The position numbers and the translations under genes are program-made. From Lama glama (taxonomy: Eukaryota): 64,000 bases of DNA. This document shows positions 24,884-38,799 of the stretch, piece after piece. Position 1 is the first letter of the stretch. Every line of letters begins with the position of its first letter. The notes under the pieces are model-generated. The model saw only the letters and a program-made list of their open reading frames with translations, was not told the origin of the DNA and searched no databases. The stretch lies in NCBI GenBank assembly GCA_028534125.1, contig CM052816.1, forward strand, positions 54,810,001-54,874,000. The letters are read 5' to 3'.

Positions 24884-27800
24884 CTGCAAGGAAAGGAAAG
24901 GCATGCTTTAACTGGGCATGTTTGAAATGATCATTAATAGGAAAGAAACCAGGTCTTTCAATAAAGCATCACCAGAAAAATATAGCAACGGAAGTACCTG
25001 GTCTCCAGGGTGAATCATTGTGACTCATGTAAAATCTGGACAAGGAAACTGATCATATAAATAAATGCATGCCACTGATAATGTCTGGCCTCACTATTTC
25101 CCCAGTATCTAACACTCGTTTATCAGCTCTCTCTTACACTGCTCCCAGGATGCATGCACTGAGGAGATAGTTCTATCTATCTGTGACTTATGGATGAGGA
25201 ACCTGGGAAAGAATGCTAATGTGAGTTGTCTTGGCTCTGAGAGCTTGTGGCTGAGCCAGATAAGAGGTTTCTGTTCTTGTCGCAGGAAGCAGAAAGTGTT
25301 TTTTCTCAGCTCAAAAACCTTGGGAAAGGAGCAGGAACTAGGTGAAAGGTGAATTAGAAAAGGTCAGTGAGGGGAAAACTATGAGGCCCAAGAGGAGCCA
25401 ACGGAATGACCACTGGAACACATGTTCTACTTGGCAGAAACAAAGCACGTTTAGAAATTGCAACTAGGTCACTGTCCTTTCATCATGGACAAGGAAGGCA
25501 CTCAAGACCCAGGAGACCAGGCTCAGGGGCTGAGAAATGTATCTGTATCAATTCTACAAGGGCTTTCCTTAGTGCTTTCAACTCTATGATGCTTTAATCC
25601 CCTGGCACTCTGACTTGGGGGGAAAATTTTTTTTAAGGTGTTTAGTGAGATCTACTCTGGGTAAACTCTAAGAATAAACTATCTTCAGTGTTTAAAAATA
25701 AACAACCTTCAGTGATGAATGAGTAGATACAGTGATACAAAGATGACTTGAGAGAGCCCAGTCCAGTGGTGGTAACCTCAATATCCATCCTCTCCTTTAC
25801 CTCGAAGGCCCTACTCAAGCTCCCTTTTACTTCCAGCTTGGCTCTGCGGTGTTCTGACTCTACAGGAATAAAGAGTTCAGCTGACAACACAGACAATGAA
25901 CAGCATGAAGCCAGCAGGAACAGCCAAATCTAGAGTCATCGGTAGTACTATTGTGCCACTTCTGATGGTCTTTCTTGGCAGTGGTCAACGAAAAGCCTTA
26001 GGAAGCTTCAGAGGTTCGGTTCTGACTCCAGGCTGCAGAATCTATGAGATAATAATACCTCATTTCCACTAGATTCCAAGTTATCTTGGGTCACGCGTGG
26101 ACCCTTTGTTTCCTGATCCCTGAAGCATGTGTGAATTTATTTTCCTTCTACTTCAGCAAGGATATTGCTGGTGACATGACCACTTCAGAAACAGCCTGAG
26201 CCACACACCGTTCCTGTAGCTCATTCTTGCAGCACAGCTGAGACCATCTCATCTGTGTCTAAAGTTCTCTCCCCTGCTCCTAAGGACTGTGTATCCTTTT
26301 ATGTGCTAGTAGGCCTGGTAGAAACAAATTAGTATTTTAGCTTTACTAATCATTCTGACTCCAATTTAGTAGTTCCTCTATCAACCGTCAGTTTTTTGGC
26401 ATCTTTGTGATATCTTCGCACCACTTTGTGGCCCTTTCATTTCAGGGAATTGCACGACTTTACAGTCAGCCCTTAAAATAGCCACGTTACAGCTCCGGCA
26501 ACTTCCAAACCTGAATACATTCAATGCCCTTCCAGAGGGAATGGGTGAAAATGGATGACGACAGACTAAGAAAAGTGATCTATTTTTCAGCTTAAATAAA
26601 TGCCTCAGTTTTATGACTCCATGTCTTAGTTTTATGCTTAGTTTTCTCAGTTCAGCTTAAAGATGCTGAACTGAGAACGAAGTGAGAATTTACAGCTTGG
26701 TCACCACAAAGCCACCTATTTGCTAAAGCCCAGAGCAGCTCTGATCAAACTTATTCACTAACATAGTTTCCATCTGCCTTTTACGCTTTAACAGGGAATC
26801 ACCTCGATTTCTTAATTGGAATTTCTTTTGTCTTTGTAACTAAATACATTTTTTTAAAAAGTAAGTGAGTGATGGGCATCACCACAGGTAACCACAGAAA
26901 CACGCCTCCTGGAAGGAAATGAAAAGCAGCCTGTGTTCATCTGGAAGATTTACCCTTAAATTACCTATTTTAGTATGTTAGGGCTCAGAAAACCAACCCT
27001 CTATTCAGCCTCCTTGCAAAATACTGAAGACACCTGCACCTGACAGATAACGTCCATCAATTCCAAAGTGGAGCCGCGTGGCCTTGAAAGACCAGTGACC
27101 TTTCCTCAGTCTTTGTGTTGAATTCTGGAATCTAGTGGAACGAAGTGTGTCCAGTGGATTCCACAGGCTCAAGGCAGAACCTAGGCCTCTGAGGCTTGCT
27201 GAGACTTTTCTTTACCAAGTAGCAGGGAAGAGGTTTCCTGGGCCATACACTTCACCCTGTAACTCAGACAGGGTTTAGAAAATAAAGGGTGTGGGCGGAA
27301 CTACTTACGAGGCACTGTGCTAGGAATAGTAACTAAACAGTTCTTTATTTCTTTCAAAGAATAAAAATATGAAACAAGGCAGTCAGAGAGAACATAATGC
27401 CACTTTCATCACTAAAATACACAATGTGTGTGTGGTTTTTTTTTTGCCCTCTCAAAACTAATCTTGAATGATCTAAATACGTTAAGAACCTGAGCAGTAC
27501 TAATAAACCTATCGGCAAGCTCTGCTACACTTAATCTAGGACACACCCTTTATCACACATTCATGTGATAATTAGAATATTAAAAATCAAGCATATAAAG
27601 AACAATCTTCACTATGTAAAAAAAAATTAACAAACATATGCAGAGTTGGGACTGAAAAAGAGCACAAAATGTGAATGCTATTTCTGGGTGATTCTTCTTT
27701 TATTTTGCTGTTTTCAAACTTTCTACAAGCGGCATATACTAGTACTATAAGAAAGAAAAATTTAAAAACCATAGGTACTGTGAGAAGTCCAGAGTGAAAT

Positions 27801-28042
27801 TACAGGAAGATGTCTGTAAGTTATCTTTACGAGAGGAAACGATGTGCTTTTCCCCTTCTTACTCGTATTTCCAAATTTCTTACATGACTGTTTTATTCTT
27901 AAAACGAGAGGAAAAAATCATTGGCCACTAATACCTTAAACAGTATTCAAATACATGTTTATTTTCTAGCTAACTCTTAGGCATTATATTCCTGAGTTTA
28001 GCTCAAATTTAATATAAAAATATCAGCATTTATGCTGACTCC

Positions 28043-28280
28043 ATTTTTTTCTAATTGAGGTAGTCAATTTACAATGTTGTGTTAGTTTCAGGTGTATGAC
28101 AAAGTGGTTTGGTTATGTATATGTATGTGATATACATACTCTTTTTCAGATTCTTTTCCATTATAGGTTTATTACAAGATATTGAATGTAGTTCCCTTTG
28201 CTATATAGTAGGACCTTATTGGTCCATTTTATATATAGTAGTGTGTCTGTTAATCCCAAACTCCTAATTTATCCCCCTCC
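28043..28280 (-). mobile_element. Short L1 3' end fragment
   Basis: Reverse complement of the same 3' UTR motif (gttccct..gctata.agtagg). Confidence 0.8.
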
Positions 28281-28511
28281 CAAGTTCATTCTTTTTGAAC
28301 AAGTCCTATCTACTCCACTTAGACAGAAAGGCCCATCTCCTGTCATCCCTTTGTGTACTGGTTCAGAACCTGAGGCCTGAGATGGTCAAAACCTATTGGA
28401 AATAAGGGACATCTTCTATCCTTGCAGTAGCCACTGAAGTGACTCAGATGGAGAGAACGTGTCCTTGCCGGGCTTCTAAGGGCTACTTTGTTTCAGAATG
28501 CTCCCACTTAC

Positions 28512-28581
28512 CCAGTGTTTTGTAGTCATCTCTAGCTTTGTTTGCTCTCAACAGAGACTGTATTTTCACAATTTCATTGCT
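28512..28581 (-). CDS. IQGAP2: IQGAP2 exon (probable 20), IQ motif: SNEIVKIQSLLRANKARDDYKTL
   Basis: ttgcag acceptor, gtaagt donor; 70 nt. Confidence 0.95.
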
Positions 28582-29234
28582 CTGCAAAAGAATAAGACCA
28601 GTCATGACCTTCCAGAGTTCCATCTACTCCACTGCTTTAAAATTTAGACCTATTGAAGAACAGACACTACTTAGAACCGACAGTATTTAGAAATGGCGTC
28701 TTCAATGTTTATTTTTGCAATCCTTTTGAAGAAAGGGTCAGATAAGTTAGCTAAAAGTATAAACAGGATTGCAAAGGGACTGTTTAAATAAAGACGTCTA
28801 AAAAGGGAAAAGAATTTTACCACCAAACATAGATGGTCCAATCTATGTCCACGTATCTGTGCTTTAAAGATCTTGAAAAAATTCCTCCTTTGGGCTTCTA
28901 TTTAAATGACTCAGTTAGCAACAATAAAAACATTATGAGCCAGTTTTGGAACATCCTTCATTAGAATCTTTTCTCTTTGGCATCACTAGCTCACACCACT
29001 TTTCCCTCATGCCTTTCCTATCCAGTCTTGGATGGTACAATCTCACTCTGAATATGAGTTATGAATAAAAAAATGCGAGAAGCCTCCAAAAATTACCGTA
29101 TTGAGTTTTACAACCTGTACTTTCCTCCTAGTGTTCGATTCTACCATTTAAAAATCATTTGATGCTAACATTCAACAAAGTATTCATTTAGTTCATTCTC
29201 AGTCAGGAGAAAAATCCACACATGTGTCTCTTAC

Positions 29235-29306
29235 ATGATCTCTGAAATACTGCAGTCGTGAGAGGTAATTCTTTCGTGCTGTTACCATCCGGAACCAGGA
29301 CTGAAT
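29235..29306 (-). CDS. IQGAP2: IQGAP2 exon (probable 19), IQ motif: IQSWFRMVTARKNYLSRLQYFRDH
   Basis: ttttag acceptor, gtaaga donor; 72 nt, phase 0-0. Confidence 0.95.
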
Positions 29307-30449
29307 CTAAAAACCAGGTTGTTACATAGAGAAATCAGAGCAATTATCAAACAACTTTTAATATCACTTTTTGCAGTCTTTCTAAAAAAATAGCATTATT
29401 TTATTTGATTGAAAAAAGTAAAAATTAGCAGCCTACTGAATAGTAAACATCTAACGCCTAATATTCATCTCCTACTTCTTTCCTTGCTTTTTCTCCTAGG
29501 GGTTCAGAACATTTTACATGTAATGGTGGGGAAGGTAATATGGCTCTTTGTACCATTTTGCTTCAATCTTAATAAGTAAAAGCCAAGCAGGTAAAGCACT
29601 TTGCTAAGAGTTGCAATGGGTCAGGGATCAAACCAAACTAAGACCAGGGTTGCTTTTAACATCCCTTAAATGCACCCAATATTCTTCAGGTCTTTCCAGG
29701 AAAATATTTCAAGAGGTCTCATGAGGGACCAACTGTGACCCACAGTTTTCTGAGAGAAGAGGCATGTGTTTCATGGTGAGCACAGGACATCTTTTCATTC
29801 AGGAGCTAATAATGCACAATGGGGTCTAGACCATGTCATCTCGGTCTTCACAGTTTCAAGTCTTAATGAATCTCATCTATTCCCATCTCTCTTCAGCCCT
29901 ACTCTTCTTCAATCTGGATTTCCAAGTTGTTACAAGTTCACAGCTGTACAGTCCTTTGGATTTTGGCTCTGGGAGCGTGGGCACCCCAGTGCCTGTTCTT
30001 TCTCTAAGCTCGGAGCAGCCCGCCTCAGGGGAAGCTGGGTCAGACGGCCTACCACCCACATACAGCCCCTAACTGTCTCCACCTCCTCTTGTCACTGGTT
30101 TGCATTTGCCTTACAACTAAGGTTTGCACTGTTGAATTTGAGCATTCTAAATATTATTAGCGAATATGATAGGAGGAACATAAAATAAAGCTGGGTTTCC
30201 CCTAGATTTTAACTAATCAACTGGGACTTTTTAGAGAAAGGTCATTTATTATAAAGGACCAGAGATAATACATATGTTTTAATGGACTTGCTGAAAGATG
30301 ATCAGTTAAGCGCGTAGTGGAGGTAAAACTCAAACCCAGGACTTGCTTCTGACTTCAAGGCTCGTACAGAGTCTGTCTTCCAGAAGCAAAATGAAAATGA
30401 AGGAAAAAGTTTATGTCAAACACTTGCTCAGGTAAGAAAGGCTGTTTAC

Positions 30450-30533
30450 CTTCACGATAGAAGGAGTATTATCAATGAACATTTGTCGCCTGCGCATGTA
30501 TGACGCCCGTTGTTTATGTCCTTTCCAAAAAGC
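30450..30533 (-). CDS. IQGAP2: IQGAP2 exon (probable 18), IQ motif: AFWKGHKQRASYMRRRQMFIDNTPSIVK
   Basis: ccacag acceptor, gtaaac donor; 84 nt, phase 0-0. Confidence 0.95.
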
Positions 30534-32899
30534 CTGTGGAAAATAGAGTTAACGGAATTACTTACATGCAGCTGTTTGTTTTAGAAAGTGCAAGAACAGA
30601 GAGACACTGAGCTGGCACACTGTCGGGGACCCTCCCCTTCCAAATCTCATCACCTCTGGGGGCGGACATTAAACTGGGCAGAACGCACTAGCTCACGGGT
30701 GAGGCTTCTCCCAAGCTGGGGAAAGGAATTACCAGGTGGAAGCCCAGTTTCTGGTTCAGAAGCTTAATTTTACCAAGGCCCTGGGTGATAAGAAGTAATA
30801 ATAAAATGGAATTGCCCTGAAACATACCAAGAGATGAGCTGGGTAATGATGGAACTGGGTAACAATATGCTTCAAAATAATGACTAACAAGTAAGCATCT
30901 TTACTCCACCAAGGGGCCCACTGTGAGCCCACCTAAAAATGAAGATGCTCTACTGACTCGTGACCCTCACAGGAGTGCTGTGATTGAGCTTTTATTATTT
31001 CATCTATTTTCACATAAAGTTTAATGATGCTTCATCCAACAGAGCTTTACTAGATTATCACCATTAAAGAGAGCATTGATAGGAAACATTTGCAGAACGT
31101 GGACACAAACTGATATCTTTAGAATGATCAAATCCATAGTTATGTTTATTCCAATTCATTTTGGAGAACTTTTTATTGAAACATAGCTTTGTAACTCACT
31201 CTAATCCCCTGATTTTGTCTTTCAAGTTAGAAAAGAAATGCAAGTTCTATGTTAAAAAGGACAAACATAAAATTTAGTTATTTTTATAAATTAAAAAATT
31301 ATAAATTTCTTTTTATGTCTGCATCTATCAATCTGCCTCAATCCTTCTTCTTAAAAAAAGAATCTGTGGAATTTTATTACCATTTGAAAAATTATACACT
31401 TTTTAGTAATGATTCAAAACAGTCAGGTTGGAATAAAAGTGATCAACTGAGCACTTGCTCCAGAGTTCCCCTCTCAATTTAAATCCCTAGAAATGACAAA
31501 AATGCTTAAAAAAAAAAAACAAAACCTTAGTTTTGAGATAATTACAAACTCCCAGTAAGCTGCAAAAAATAATACACTGAGTTCCATGTACTCTTCATCC
31601 AGCTTTCCCCAGTGAAAACATCTTAACGAATATGCTTCTAAAGCAATCCATCATAGTGCCGGAAAATAAGAAGGCGTATGGGGCCAAAACTATGAGGGAT
31701 CCTGGAAGAGAGAAGGCAGCTTTAAAACCAGCTTAGATGGGGAGTGGGGTTTGGGAAGAGTACAAATGAGTACAGCCTGTTTTTTGAGGGCATTTAGTAG
31801 CATCAAGGTGGAAATTATTTAGCCTTTCATCCAGTGTTTCTAATTTTCAACATATTTAGCCTAAGGAGATACAAGCACCTGTGTAGAAAAACAATATATA
31901 AGGATTTTTCTTGCAGCATTCTTTGTAATAACAAAAATGTGTAGAGAACAGATATTTACAAATAGAGCAACAGTGATAAACTGAGATTGCACTCATCCTA
32001 TGGCAATGTTGGTTCTCGATGGTGATTCACGTGTTTCTGTGGCTGACACTGTTTTAAAGCACAGAGGTGCACATGTGCAAATAGTATTATACACCCCATT
32101 TCTCAATCCAAACTGAAAGGCAAACCAGGAATTAGGACTAACCCAGGTTCTCATTCCACTTTTTTGGAATTATCTCAATCCCAGAAACGCTATTAATCTC
32201 TATTAGCTCAGATTCACAAAGACTCTAGACAAGTAGTCTGTCACAGTAACACATGATGCAATGCTGAAGCATTTTTGCACTGGTAGAAAGAACCCTCCCG
32301 TCCATTCTGCACTGTTTTCAATGTACTAAGGATTTAGGGCTCACCAACAGCCAATGGTACTTTCCTGAAGATTTCACTTTATGTTCCATCTCTTTATCGA
32401 TTATGTAGATTTTTCTGGAATCTACACATATTTTATTGTTACCTTTCCAAACTAAGGCAACTTGGCTGGGTTTAGGTTTTTGGTCTATAGAAGCAGAATA
32501 TTACATGCTTATTTTATTTGTCAAAATTTAACATTCTTGTTAGTTTCTAAGTTTTAGTTCCATCAGGACTGGCTTTTCTTATTCTGAGCTAATAACTGAA
32601 CTCCTGTGCAAAGTCCAGAGATTGCAGGCTCTTCTACTTAGAGGCTCTTTATTAATACCAATTATAGGTATAAAGTTGGGAGGAAGGAGCAATTGATAAA
32701 ATGCAAAAGGAGACAAACTTCTAAACCATAAAGCCATCTAGAAGTAACATTTTATAGATAATTACAAACAGAAGGCATTTACAAAAACATCAATCTCTTG
32801 ACTGGTATGAGAACCTGACAGAAAATGTATAATAGCCATCTTTTTGTTTTGTTTTTTGTTACCATAAATTAGTGTTTTCTGTGCAATGCACCTACAACA

Positions 32900-33108
32900 A
32901 AGGAGAACTGGGGGAACACATCTCAAAATAACAAACGCTATTTATGACAAACCCACAGCCAACATAACACTCAGCAGTGAAAAGCTGAAAGCTTTCCCAC
33001 TAAAGTCTGGAACAAGACAAGGATGCTAACTCTCATCACTCCTATACGACATGGTATTGGAAGTCCTAGCCTCAGCAGTCAGACAAGAAAAAAGAAATAA
33101 AAGGGATC
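32900..33108 (+). mobile_element. Internal L1 ORF2 (RT region) fragment
   Basis: Translates as [24 protein letters not shown] RT sequence. Confidence 0.85.
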
Positions 33109-34075
33109 TAGGAAATGCGGCTTGCTAAACTGGTTGCTTTGCTTGAAAATTGGGCACCCAGGCTAGTCATATTCAAATTACTATCTTTTGAAGCACAAAT
33201 TCTTCTGTGATCTCTGTTAGCCAAGAAAACCCTAAACATTTATCTCTTTTCCCTCTCTGCTTAAAGGTACAATCTCATGACCTACAAGAGCAGTCAGCCA
33301 CACTGTGATGAAGAACTGTCACATAAAGTCACCCCTTCCTCCCAGCCCCAGACTATGCCGGGGCTCCCAGGAATATGCCCTTGCTTCAGATAAGCTCGTT
33401 TCTTTTTCTTGGCCCAGATACTTGTGGCACTCTCGGATCTGGAGTTTAATAATTTAGTAATTCCCAGGGCTAAGTTTGGGTGTTTATCACTATTATGTTT
33501 TTTCCTACCAAGTGGCATTTCAGCTTTCTTCAGTTCAAGAAGAAGAAAAAATACTGTAGCTAACTATTTTTTCCTATTTTGATTTTTCTGATCTCTTTCT
33601 GTGCCATACCAGCCACCTCAAGGTTGGCTCCCCGCTGCCTGCGCTCTGAGTCACCGTCTCTATCACCTCATCATTTCTAACACTTGTTGGGCACTTACTA
33701 ATAGCTGCGTATTGGGCAAAGGCTGTTAGGTGAATTACCCCATTTAACCCCAACCACCCTGCAATAAAATAGGTATTATCATTTTCAGATGAGAAAGTGT
33801 ATTTTCAATCATGTATTCTTTTCCTTTGTTATCTGTGTGATTTTTCTCAAGTTCTCCATGTGTTTCAATTACTTTCGGTGTCTGTTCTGCATTTTGCAGT
33901 TACAAGTTCACTGACATTCTATGATGTCATTATTTCTCTTCCTCTCTTTAGCTGTCAGTTATCTTTTCATTTTATTGTGCTGTCTTGTTTCATTAAGTTC
34001 ACGTGTCTTGTTAGATTTCTTAAAAGCACAAAGCAGTTTCAGTATAAAATTTTCTTCTGTCTTCTGGAATAAGAG

Positions 34076-34191
34076 TTTTTTTTCTTAATTTCTATTTTTT
34101 GGAGAGAGGAGGTAAGGGGTACTGGGGATTGAACCCCAGGACCTTGGGCATGCTAAGCATGTACTCTACCACTGAGCTATAGCCTCCCCTC
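34076..34191 (-). mobile_element. tRNA-derived SINE
   Basis: Consensus match; TSD ctggaataagag / ctggaatgagag. Confidence 0.88.
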
Positions 34192-36171
34192 CTGGAATGA
34201 GAGTATTCTTAAATGCTTACTTCATTTGTATTTTGTAACTTATATCCACTTTTTTGATATAAAATTTTCTTTTTTGCTGAGATTTCTTTTCTGGCTTACT
34301 TCTTAAATGTAGGCCATTTTATCAGGGCCTTCTTACTGGTCAGAAGCAATCCGGCTATACAGATTCTCTTTGACATCCTTCCGTGTTTAATTGGGAAGCT
34401 TTCGAATTGTCCCCTAAGCACCTGAGACAGAGTATTGGTTGCTGATGACTATTTTCTATGGACCATATCCAATTTCTTGGGAGGAGACTGAGGGTGGGAA
34501 CCTGGTGGAGCCGAGGTGTGGTTGCCCTCAGCCTGGGAGCTTTCTCTCTGAATCTGCTAAGACTACTGTGTCTGGGGCTGGTCAGCCAGCTAAGAAGTTT
34601 GAGTTGTTCCATGGAGGGGAACAGCTGTGAAATCTTCAGATTTCATGTCATTCTCTTAATTCAGAGTGAGCCAGCCACTTTGGCAAAAACTGAGATTAGC
34701 CTGATTCCCTTCGGCTGATGGTCTTTCGGTTTTCTGGGTCAGCCCACATTCACCTCCGGGCTACAGCCTGCCTTTAGACCCCATGCCCTCCTTGTTAGAA
34801 ACCTGTCAGAAGACTAGGAAAAAAAGGCATCACAGGGTGACTTCAGAGTGCGATGGTTCCTCTTCAATCCTGCTTCGTCCACGGAGGTGGGGGAAAAAGG
34901 CTCCATGTCACTGTTTCTGTCCTTACCCCAGCTCTCTTGTGACCTCAGCCCTGGGTCCTAATACCAGGCAGATTTTATGCTGGTGGGCCCTTCGGAGGAT
35001 CCCAACTCTAACACTGCTCTGGGCAGACTGGAGAGCTTGAGGTTGGTCCACGTTGTGTCTCACTGGCTGACACTCTCCAGATTTTGTGCAAAAGTAGAGC
35101 CTTTGCATCAGGGTAGAAGACTATTTTTAGGATTTTGTTCACTTCCTGTGTGTTCTGCCTACCATCTATTTAAGGAAGGAATAAACTGGAAAACTTACTG
35201 GTTCACCTAGAAAAATCCTTTGACTGTCAGGTTTATAGAAGAAATTCCTTTTATAAAATTAATCATTCCTGCCTTATAACATTTTAAGCTCTGAGCAAAT
35301 TTAGACACTTGAGCACCTATCATATGTAGGACACAAGAATACAAAAGTTTAAAAAACTCATTTTCTGCCCTGCACAAAATTATAGTTAGGTGGGGAAGCA
35401 GGTAAGTACACCAATGGTCACAAAAGAGAAGCTCTTCAACTTAAAGACTTTCTATTTAGGAAATTTCATGGTTCCTGGCCAAAGCAAAAACCCATCGAAT
35501 TCTGCTCATCAGGAACAGTATCTCTTTGGAAGCACAGAAAAGGACAAACACCTGGCCTTTTGCAAACCAACAAATGGTTGGTAGAGGATGCTGGAAGGAA
35601 AACAGAAGAGAGACATCTACAGTTTGGCAAGTTCCTTTCCTGCCAACCAGAACATCTGGACAAGCCATGTAAGCTGCAGAACAACTCACAACAAAAAGGA
35701 TGGGAATGAGGATGTCTCTTGCAGGCCTGAATGAAGACTGAGAGATTTTATAAGGGAGAAGGTACTCTTGGAGATGCTACATCTATTTCATTAACTCTTC
35801 TGTTCTTTAGAAACTCAGACACCCTTCAACATTGATTAAGTGCTGAAAAACACAATTCGTAAAGCACCTGAGGTCAGAGAGTACATGACACAAGGATCTC
35901 AAGCTTTTTAGAGAAACATGATTTCAACTCTGATCTCAGGTGTTCCTCCGGCTCCAGCTCTTCACAGTGCCCTGAATACTTTCCAAAAGACCACAGGTTA
36001 AAAAAAAATCATTTAGCATCTTGCCCATCTCACAGCCTTTACTGATTAAGGACAAAATCTGCAGTCAGATTTGTTTCTTAGAATGCTGGTAGCTGACTGT
36101 CCTATTATCAAATAATACATTTCCGGGGAACATGACAGTTTTCTGTAAAGAGTGGTAGGTGATTCACATAC

Positions 36172-36342
36172 CTGTATTTTGACCACATGTTCCTCTTGTT
36201 CATACAAAAATGATTTCCTAGCTTCAAACTCTTTCCTAAGGAGGGGTCCTGAGCTTGTGGCTTGAAAGCGAAGAAGCATATCTTCGGTTGCAGACCACAT
36301 CTTCTCACGGATGTAATCTGTTGTGACTTCCTCAATAATGTC
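36172..36342 (-). CDS. IQGAP2: IQGAP2 exon (probable 17): DIIEEVTTDYIREK...EQEEHVVKIQ
   Basis: gccag acceptor, gtatgt donor; 171 nt = 57 codons, phase 0-0. Confidence 0.95.
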
Positions 36343-38151
36343 CTGGCAAGAGATATTTCTTATGTTACACTTCACACAATGGGTGAAAGGAGCATATAGA
36401 ACAGCTTCTGGAAATGTTATCTTTCAGGAAATGACATGGAGAGCTCTTTCTGGCCTGCTGTACAAACAGATCTGACCAGAGCAGAGTGATGAACGGGCTT
36501 AGCTTCTTTCTAGCGACATGGTTTTGGAATCCTCTAGCTCTGTGCTGAGATGGTTTGAGAATGCAATTGAATGGTCTCCGGATGTGGAAGCGGAGGGGAT
36601 GGATAATGCTGGCAGGGACCAGGAGTGAGGCTGGGCTCCACAGAATGCGAAAGGGACAAGGATGGTTACAGTTAAGAATAGACACCGCCTCCTCCCTGTC
36701 CCGCAGTGCCCCTGAAGATCTCAGGCTTCTCTGCCCCCTTTCTTGCCACGGACAGAGAAGGCAGACCCCTGCACCGAGATGGGGAAAACTCAAATTTAGG
36801 GGAAAATAAAAGACTTGGAGCAGAAGAAAGGGAGTGGGAGAGGAAAGACAAGTGCTATTGTAGGCAGACAGGGAAACCTAGATAAATGGGGGGAAGAAAA
36901 AGGAAGAAAGGGGATTGTGAGACGTCTTCATGTAGATAATGAACTGGGTTTATTTTTACGTTCTGTGAGAGATGCAAGCAAAGACTGGACTCACTGCTAT
37001 GGCTGATGCCTCTTATTTAGTGCGATTGGATTCAGAGGATGGGTAATTTAAACAATCAAAAGTGAAATCATATAAAAGATGCATAAATATCATTAAGAGA
37101 AGACATATGTACATTCTCAAAATCAGTAATTTTAGACTGTGTGGAATATATATGTATTTTTTTTTAACAGCATAGACTCTCCACTTTTTATTAATCCTGA
37201 TCCTCCATTTCACAAAGTTATACCGAGGGCATCTTTAGATGTCACGTGAGCAATTTTTGGCTCTGAATTTTAACTCTTCAATGCTGCTTCTTCACAGTTT
37301 GAGAAATCTTTGCAACAACAGGATATGCTTTTTAAATATTGGCCATAATTTTATTTTTCAACAAAGCAGCACTAATAGTTCTTTGCCACAATGCCACTTT
37401 CCTGTAAGATGTGGGAACTTTGAATCTGTGAAATTAGTTAATAAATATGTTTTTCACTATCTTCTTGTCATTCAGGATGTCTGTGGTAATGTCAGCCCCA
37501 AGCCACAGTTTTTCCTCCGAGTTTTAGCACTGGTGATTCTGTCTCTTTGATGCTGGTGACTTTGAATGGTTCTATAAGATCTACATTTATGTGTTCTGTT
37601 TTTTTCAAAACAGAACTCAATTATTAGAAGTATCTTTTCTTTAAACACACTACAAAGCCTGGATCCATTTTCACATCTTCTGGGTCCAACTTCTTGTCTC
37701 AAGTCCAAAGCAATCTAGGCGAACATTCCTTCAAGAGTATTTCTCCCTGGGAAGCATTATTCACTTTAAAAGGATCTACATAGCTTTGTTGTAGGCTGAG
37801 GTGGGGAGAAAGAAATGACATTTTGAATACTGACAACCAAGGAATCACCACTAAGTGAGCTTCTGTGTCAGGGAAAACCTGAAGATTGATTTCTCAGGAT
37901 AATCTGCTATCCTAAACAAGCTGCAAAAGCTTTCCTCCCCCCTTTCTGTTTGGTGTTGCTACATCATATGGAAAACATTCTAGAAGTTAGTAACCAGGCA
38001 GCTGCCTCCAAATGTAGTTTCTCAAGACTTGACTCCATATCCAATCTTTAAACAAATTAGTTCTTCCCATCAATTCCCTGATTCAAAAACAGAAGAGCAA
38101 TCACACTTATCTTCATATAGTACACTTTTCCATCAAACACCAACCTCCTAC

Positions 38152-38294
38152 CTCAATTTCTTTTCCCATGAGCCATGATTCTTTCGGCAAGTAGGATTCA
38201 GGTGCGACCCAGGAACCCTCTTTTGCATCGATGTTGTAGTAGTAATCATATTTCTCCCGCACGGTGAATTTGAGCCATGAACCTTCAGTAGACA
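38152..38294 (-). CDS. IQGAP2: IQGAP2 exon (probable 16), WW domain: STEGSWLKFTVREKYDYYYNIDAKEGSWVAPESYLPKESWLMGKEIE
   Basis: ttcag acceptor, gtagga donor; 143 nt; W..YYYN..SW.P WW signature. Confidence 0.95.
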
Positions 38295-38799
38295 CTGAAG
38301 AAAAAATTTGTTCAATTCTAGAGAGGAACATTGATCTCTTTGACATTAATGTAGTTTCTTCAATATAAAATAATTGAAAGAACATGTTTTTTTTTACCAG
38401 GCATTCAGAGAGTCTAAGTTAAAATAATCAGAAATGACTCATTAAAATGGAATGAGTTCTACGTACTCAGTGGCATGTCTCTGCTAAGCCAAAGAAAAAG
38501 GAGGAGAGAGTCATGTCTAACGTTAGCACTGGATCTCAAACTTTTCAGGATAGGAATCACAAATGGTCAACAAGAAGGAAAAGCAGACAAGGAATGGATA
38601 TCCCAGGTAGATATGAACAGCACCACAAGTAGAAGAGACCAATGAGGAAGAACCCTCTAGAAATACTGGTCTACTAGAAAATATACTGCATAGTCAAATT
38701 AGGATGATCACAAGTAATCATTTTATTTTTAATCACCAGTAGATGTCATATTCACAAAGGCTTTCAGAAGAATGAACACCCTTTTTAAGGCAACTCTCT

